A stretch of DNA of 63,996 bases, filler included, from Basidiobolus ranarum (lineage: Eukaryota), in assembly GCA_040143965.1 (NCBI GenBank). It is 7 parts of 7 records of this genome, joined end to end, with 100 filler letters (N's around TTAATTAATTAA, not from the genome) between each part and the next. Parts side by side here need not be neighbours in the genome. Positions count along the whole stretch, not along the records: positions 55,942 to 63,996 come from JASJQH010007902.1; 6 more parts are not named here. One strand, written 5' to 3'. Position numbers and translations under genes: made by a program. Below the pieces are notes generated by a model. It saw only the letters and a program-made list of their open reading frames with translations. It ran no database searches and was not told the origin of the DNA. Of the stretch, positions 63,220 through 63,996 are shown piece by piece; within the stretch, counting starts at the first letter, position 1, and the number at the start of each line of letters is the position of its first letter.

Positions 63220-63724
63220 GTTCTATTGAATTACTTAGCTACGAGTAAGTGGAGATGAATACTATGAAAGGTATCAAGATGATTCTTGAAGGCGCGTGTA
63301 AATTTAGTACACGAATTTACGGTCAGTAAAAGACAAAAATTGCCCCTCACCCGTCTCATCTCACCCTGTGAATCCTTTCAAGAAAAAAATATCAAAGCAA
63401 AATAATAGGCAGGAATGGATTTTAGTCAGCAATTATCAGAAAGGTACATATATATTATTGGATTCAAAATCTCCAATGATTTTCATTACAAAATACATAC
63501 ATAACAAAATAGTGATGAAAGTTGAAATGTACAAAAATACTTACAAATCGGGAATTTTACATAATGAGTGAAGTAATGTGTGAATAAAGAATGTTGAATT
63601 GCCATAGCAAATAGACTATTTCGGCCCTCGAATTCAGGTATTTTCATAGGGTTATGACCTTTTCCAAATCATTCCTTTACCCTTAGACCAAACTTAAGCT
63701 GTAGAGTGAATTTCCATTGGAATG

Positions 63725-63996
63725 TTAGAATCTCATAATGTTCGACGGACATGTGTTTACTTCCAAAACATCCACCTCCCCAAGTAATCCTGAGCTTGGA
63801 CACGTACTTTCAAGTATATAAGGATTCCAGTCGCAAAATCTCTCAATTTCGGGATCCACCGTGGCATCCCCTTCAACGTATCGTAGGTCTGGTGCAGTTA
63901 ATTCTTGTGGATTTAGTAATAACTGTGAAATACCAGGGCTTTTCGGACCTGCTCTAATTATATTGCTAGTTAGTTGATGATATTTCAACTCTGAAA
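63725..63996 (-). CDS. Probable 3' coding exon of a gene entering from beyond the window
   Basis: Open frame from near the window edge to a stop at 63725, with protein-like composition. Family not recognised. Confidence 0.35.
   Translation of the reverse strand, partial: SELKYHQLTSNIIRAGPKSPGISQLLLNPQELTAPDLRYVEGDATVDPEIERFCDWNPYILESTCPSSGLLGEVDVLEVNTCPSNIMRF

Overview
Eukaryotic, AT-rich, intron-rich genomic DNA, most consistent with an early-diverging fungus (Zoopagomycota/Mucoromycota-like; the taxon is an inference). The window is not one locus. It consists of seven contigs joined by artificial N44-TTAATTAATTAA-N44 linkers, and the five complete contigs decrease steadily in length (9228, 9225, 9219, 9218, 9211 bp), so neighbourhoods across linkers carry no meaning. 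Recognisable genes: a large sacsin-like GHKL/DUF3684 protein with CUE and HExxH modules, a BAR-PH-ArfGAP-ankyrin protein, Pus4/TruB, a BCAS3-like WD40 protein, a Pumilio/Puf3-type PUF, Cdc24/Scd1, a cyclase-family hydrolase, an AN1 zinc-finger protein, a GPI-anchored Cys-rich protein, an alginate-lyase-associated type II membrane protein and several orphan ORFs. One contig (27994-37212) is almost entirely decayed, CpG-depleted retroelements, including nested Ty1/copia copies with a Ty5-type internal tRNAiMet primer site. Best leads: a U12-type (minor spliceosome) intron in the BCAS3-like gene; an intronless, secreted, bacterial-like GH129/GH101-related gene with an in-frame stop (HGT candidate); and the ATPase+CUE+metalloprotease-motif architecture of the DUF3684 protein. 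No rRNA, tRNA or CRISPR array was seen. All family assignments come from motif recognition only; no searches were run.
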